Shown here: positions 62,489 to 64,000 of the stretch, piece by piece
Numbering within the stretch: the first letter of the stretch is position 1
Layout of the letters: each line of letters starts with the position of its first letter
NCBI RefSeq assembly: GCF_947568905.1
Contig: NC_079167.1
Span: forward strand, 68,696,001 to 68,760,000
Length of the DNA: 64,000 nt
From: Ostrea edulis
Taxonomy: Eukaryota
Direction of reading: 5' to 3'
The notes under the pieces: model-generated
The model's database searches: none
Told to the model about the DNA's origin: nothing
Seen by the model: the letters and a program-made list of their open reading frames with translations, nothing else
Program-made: the position numbers and the translations under genes

Positions 62489-63162
62489 CCAACCATCACA
62501 TAAGGACACCCCTTAAATTAGAAGCGGTGTATGCTGATGGTACAAGGAATGTATCTTTCAAATTCATGAACCATCCTAATGTACGAGTCGAGTTAGCCAA
62601 GTGGTTAATGTACTAGCTTACCAAACGAGGGGCATGTGTTCCATTATTCCATCAAACCCAAGATAATTAACGTAGGCAATGACTGTTCCTACGCCAAACA
62701 CTCGGCATATAGTGGTGAAAAACCAAGGATATGACCTTAAAAACAGTTGAAAGTGAAGTGCCACAAATTTTGGAGCTTTACGGTCGTAGCAGTGTCAGCG
62801 CCTAATGTTTAACGGGACTTCTGTTTTGAAGGTTACCGTGACTTATACTTATAATGTCGTGCCCTTGGCGTAGGAATATTCACTACCTATGTTAACCGTC
62901 TTAGATTTGATGCTACGCTGGAATACAGAATCGAACCCAAGTCTTCTGGTTGCAAAGCGAGCGTCTTTTAAACTACTAATTTGTTACGTCATGAGTAAAG
63001 AAAAGGGTTATATAAAAAACCAAAGAATTTTCCATATACGTACCACGGACTAGAACTTCTGACCTGTGGCCCATGAATTCCGTAAATTTGATAGACATTG
63101 CACATGACGACTGCACGAAGAGCTTGTCTATTGGACGTCTGGAAGTAAAGACGAAGATGTTT

Positions 63163-63330
63163 NNNNNNNNNNNNNNNNNNNNNNNNNNNNNNNNNNNNNN
63201 NNNNNNNNNNNNNNNNNNNNNNNNNNNNNNNNNNNNNNNNNNNNNNNNNNNNNNNNNNNNNNNNNNNNNNNNNNNNNNNNNNNNNNNNNNNNNNNNNNNN
63301 NNNNNNNNNNNNNNNNNNNNNNNNNNNNNN
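63163..63330. other. Assembly gap (168 N)
   Basis: Run of N. Confidence 1.
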
Positions 63331-63715
63331 ACGACACGAACAACGAGATTGTCAAATTTTCGGGACGACCCGTCCCTTCTTCAGGACAAACGAAAACAAT
63401 TACATAATGTGGTCAATATCAACAGAGCATAATAACAAAAACTACATATAAATACATCTAGCACTACAACTACACTAATCTACAAACGTATTTACAACGC
63501 AGACTACATGTTTTTGGTCTTTAGGCTTGCCAATCAATGTTAAAAGTGGAGCGAATTAGGACATGCCTTATTCGCCCAAAGAGCTGATCCAAAATGTCCG
63601 AAAAGAAAAACAATAAACTTAATTAATCTCAAGTGGAACGAGTTAACCCAATTACGTAGACAAATAGTAAAGCTAACTCGTACCCAGAGAGATTCTATTT
63701 TAACCATGCATAATT
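63331..63715 (-). mobile_element. Family 2 hammerhead-type repeat, most complete core (63349-63389)
   Basis: ttgtc CTGAAGA a gggac gggtc gtccc GAAA attt gacaa on the minus strand. The body is homologous to 817-1230. Confidence 0.75.
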
Positions 63716-64000
63716 TATAAAAGATAATAGTAAGTAACAAATACAAAAAAAATAAATAAATAATAAATAAATAAATGAAAAAAAGCTATGTAAACGAAGT
63801 AAGAGATGAACAAAGTTTGAGAAAAAGATAATGTAAACAACAAGTTTGAATAAGTTAACAAAATGGACCAACTCCAAACAAAAACAAAGAATAGGCAGCC
63901 CAGGAAATTGAATCAACATCAGACATTCCCGTACTGATCATGTCTAGGGTAGATGTGTAAGAAAAACATAGAATCACGGAAACTGATAAATGGGTTTTAC

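Noticed and set aside
63073-63432. ORFs of 119 and 75 aa
   Set aside because: They are open only because they span the N gap.

Overview
AT-rich, intron-containing eukaryotic DNA. The repeat families point to a bivalve mollusc, probably an oyster (inference). No prokaryotic features, CRISPR arrays, rRNA or true tRNA genes were found. The ORF track misses most real genes because they are spliced; I reconstructed them by hand from GT/AG sites and exon phases. (1) 1843-5683 (+): a 5-exon gene for a 168-aa secreted precursor made of a signal peptide, a 41-aa peptide with 14 Arg, a Gly-Lys-Arg processing signal, and a very acidic pro-domain with two EF-hands. It is a strong candidate linear antimicrobial peptide precursor. 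(2) A four-member family of secreted ~310-aa proproteins: D 11043-17656 (-), A 28881-38497 (-), B 46901-50507 (-), C 53495-55737 (+). They share a Cys..CxxC / variable amphipathic segment / polybasic furin site / CxxC..Cys architecture, with patchwork gene conversion and a strong charge shift in paralog A. (3) Mobile elements: an ORF-intact Ngaro-type tyrosine-recombinase retrotransposon with an SGNH hydrolase inside an intron of gene A, a decayed Kolobok transposon (transposase remnants plus a P2X7-ballast-like gene), two hammerhead-ribozyme-bearing Penelope/retrozyme-type repeat families (one as a 351-nt tandem), many Penelope-like 3' fragments, two SINE families, two LINE fragments, several MITEs, minisatellites and long fold-back palindromes. 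There is an assembly gap at 63163-63330.
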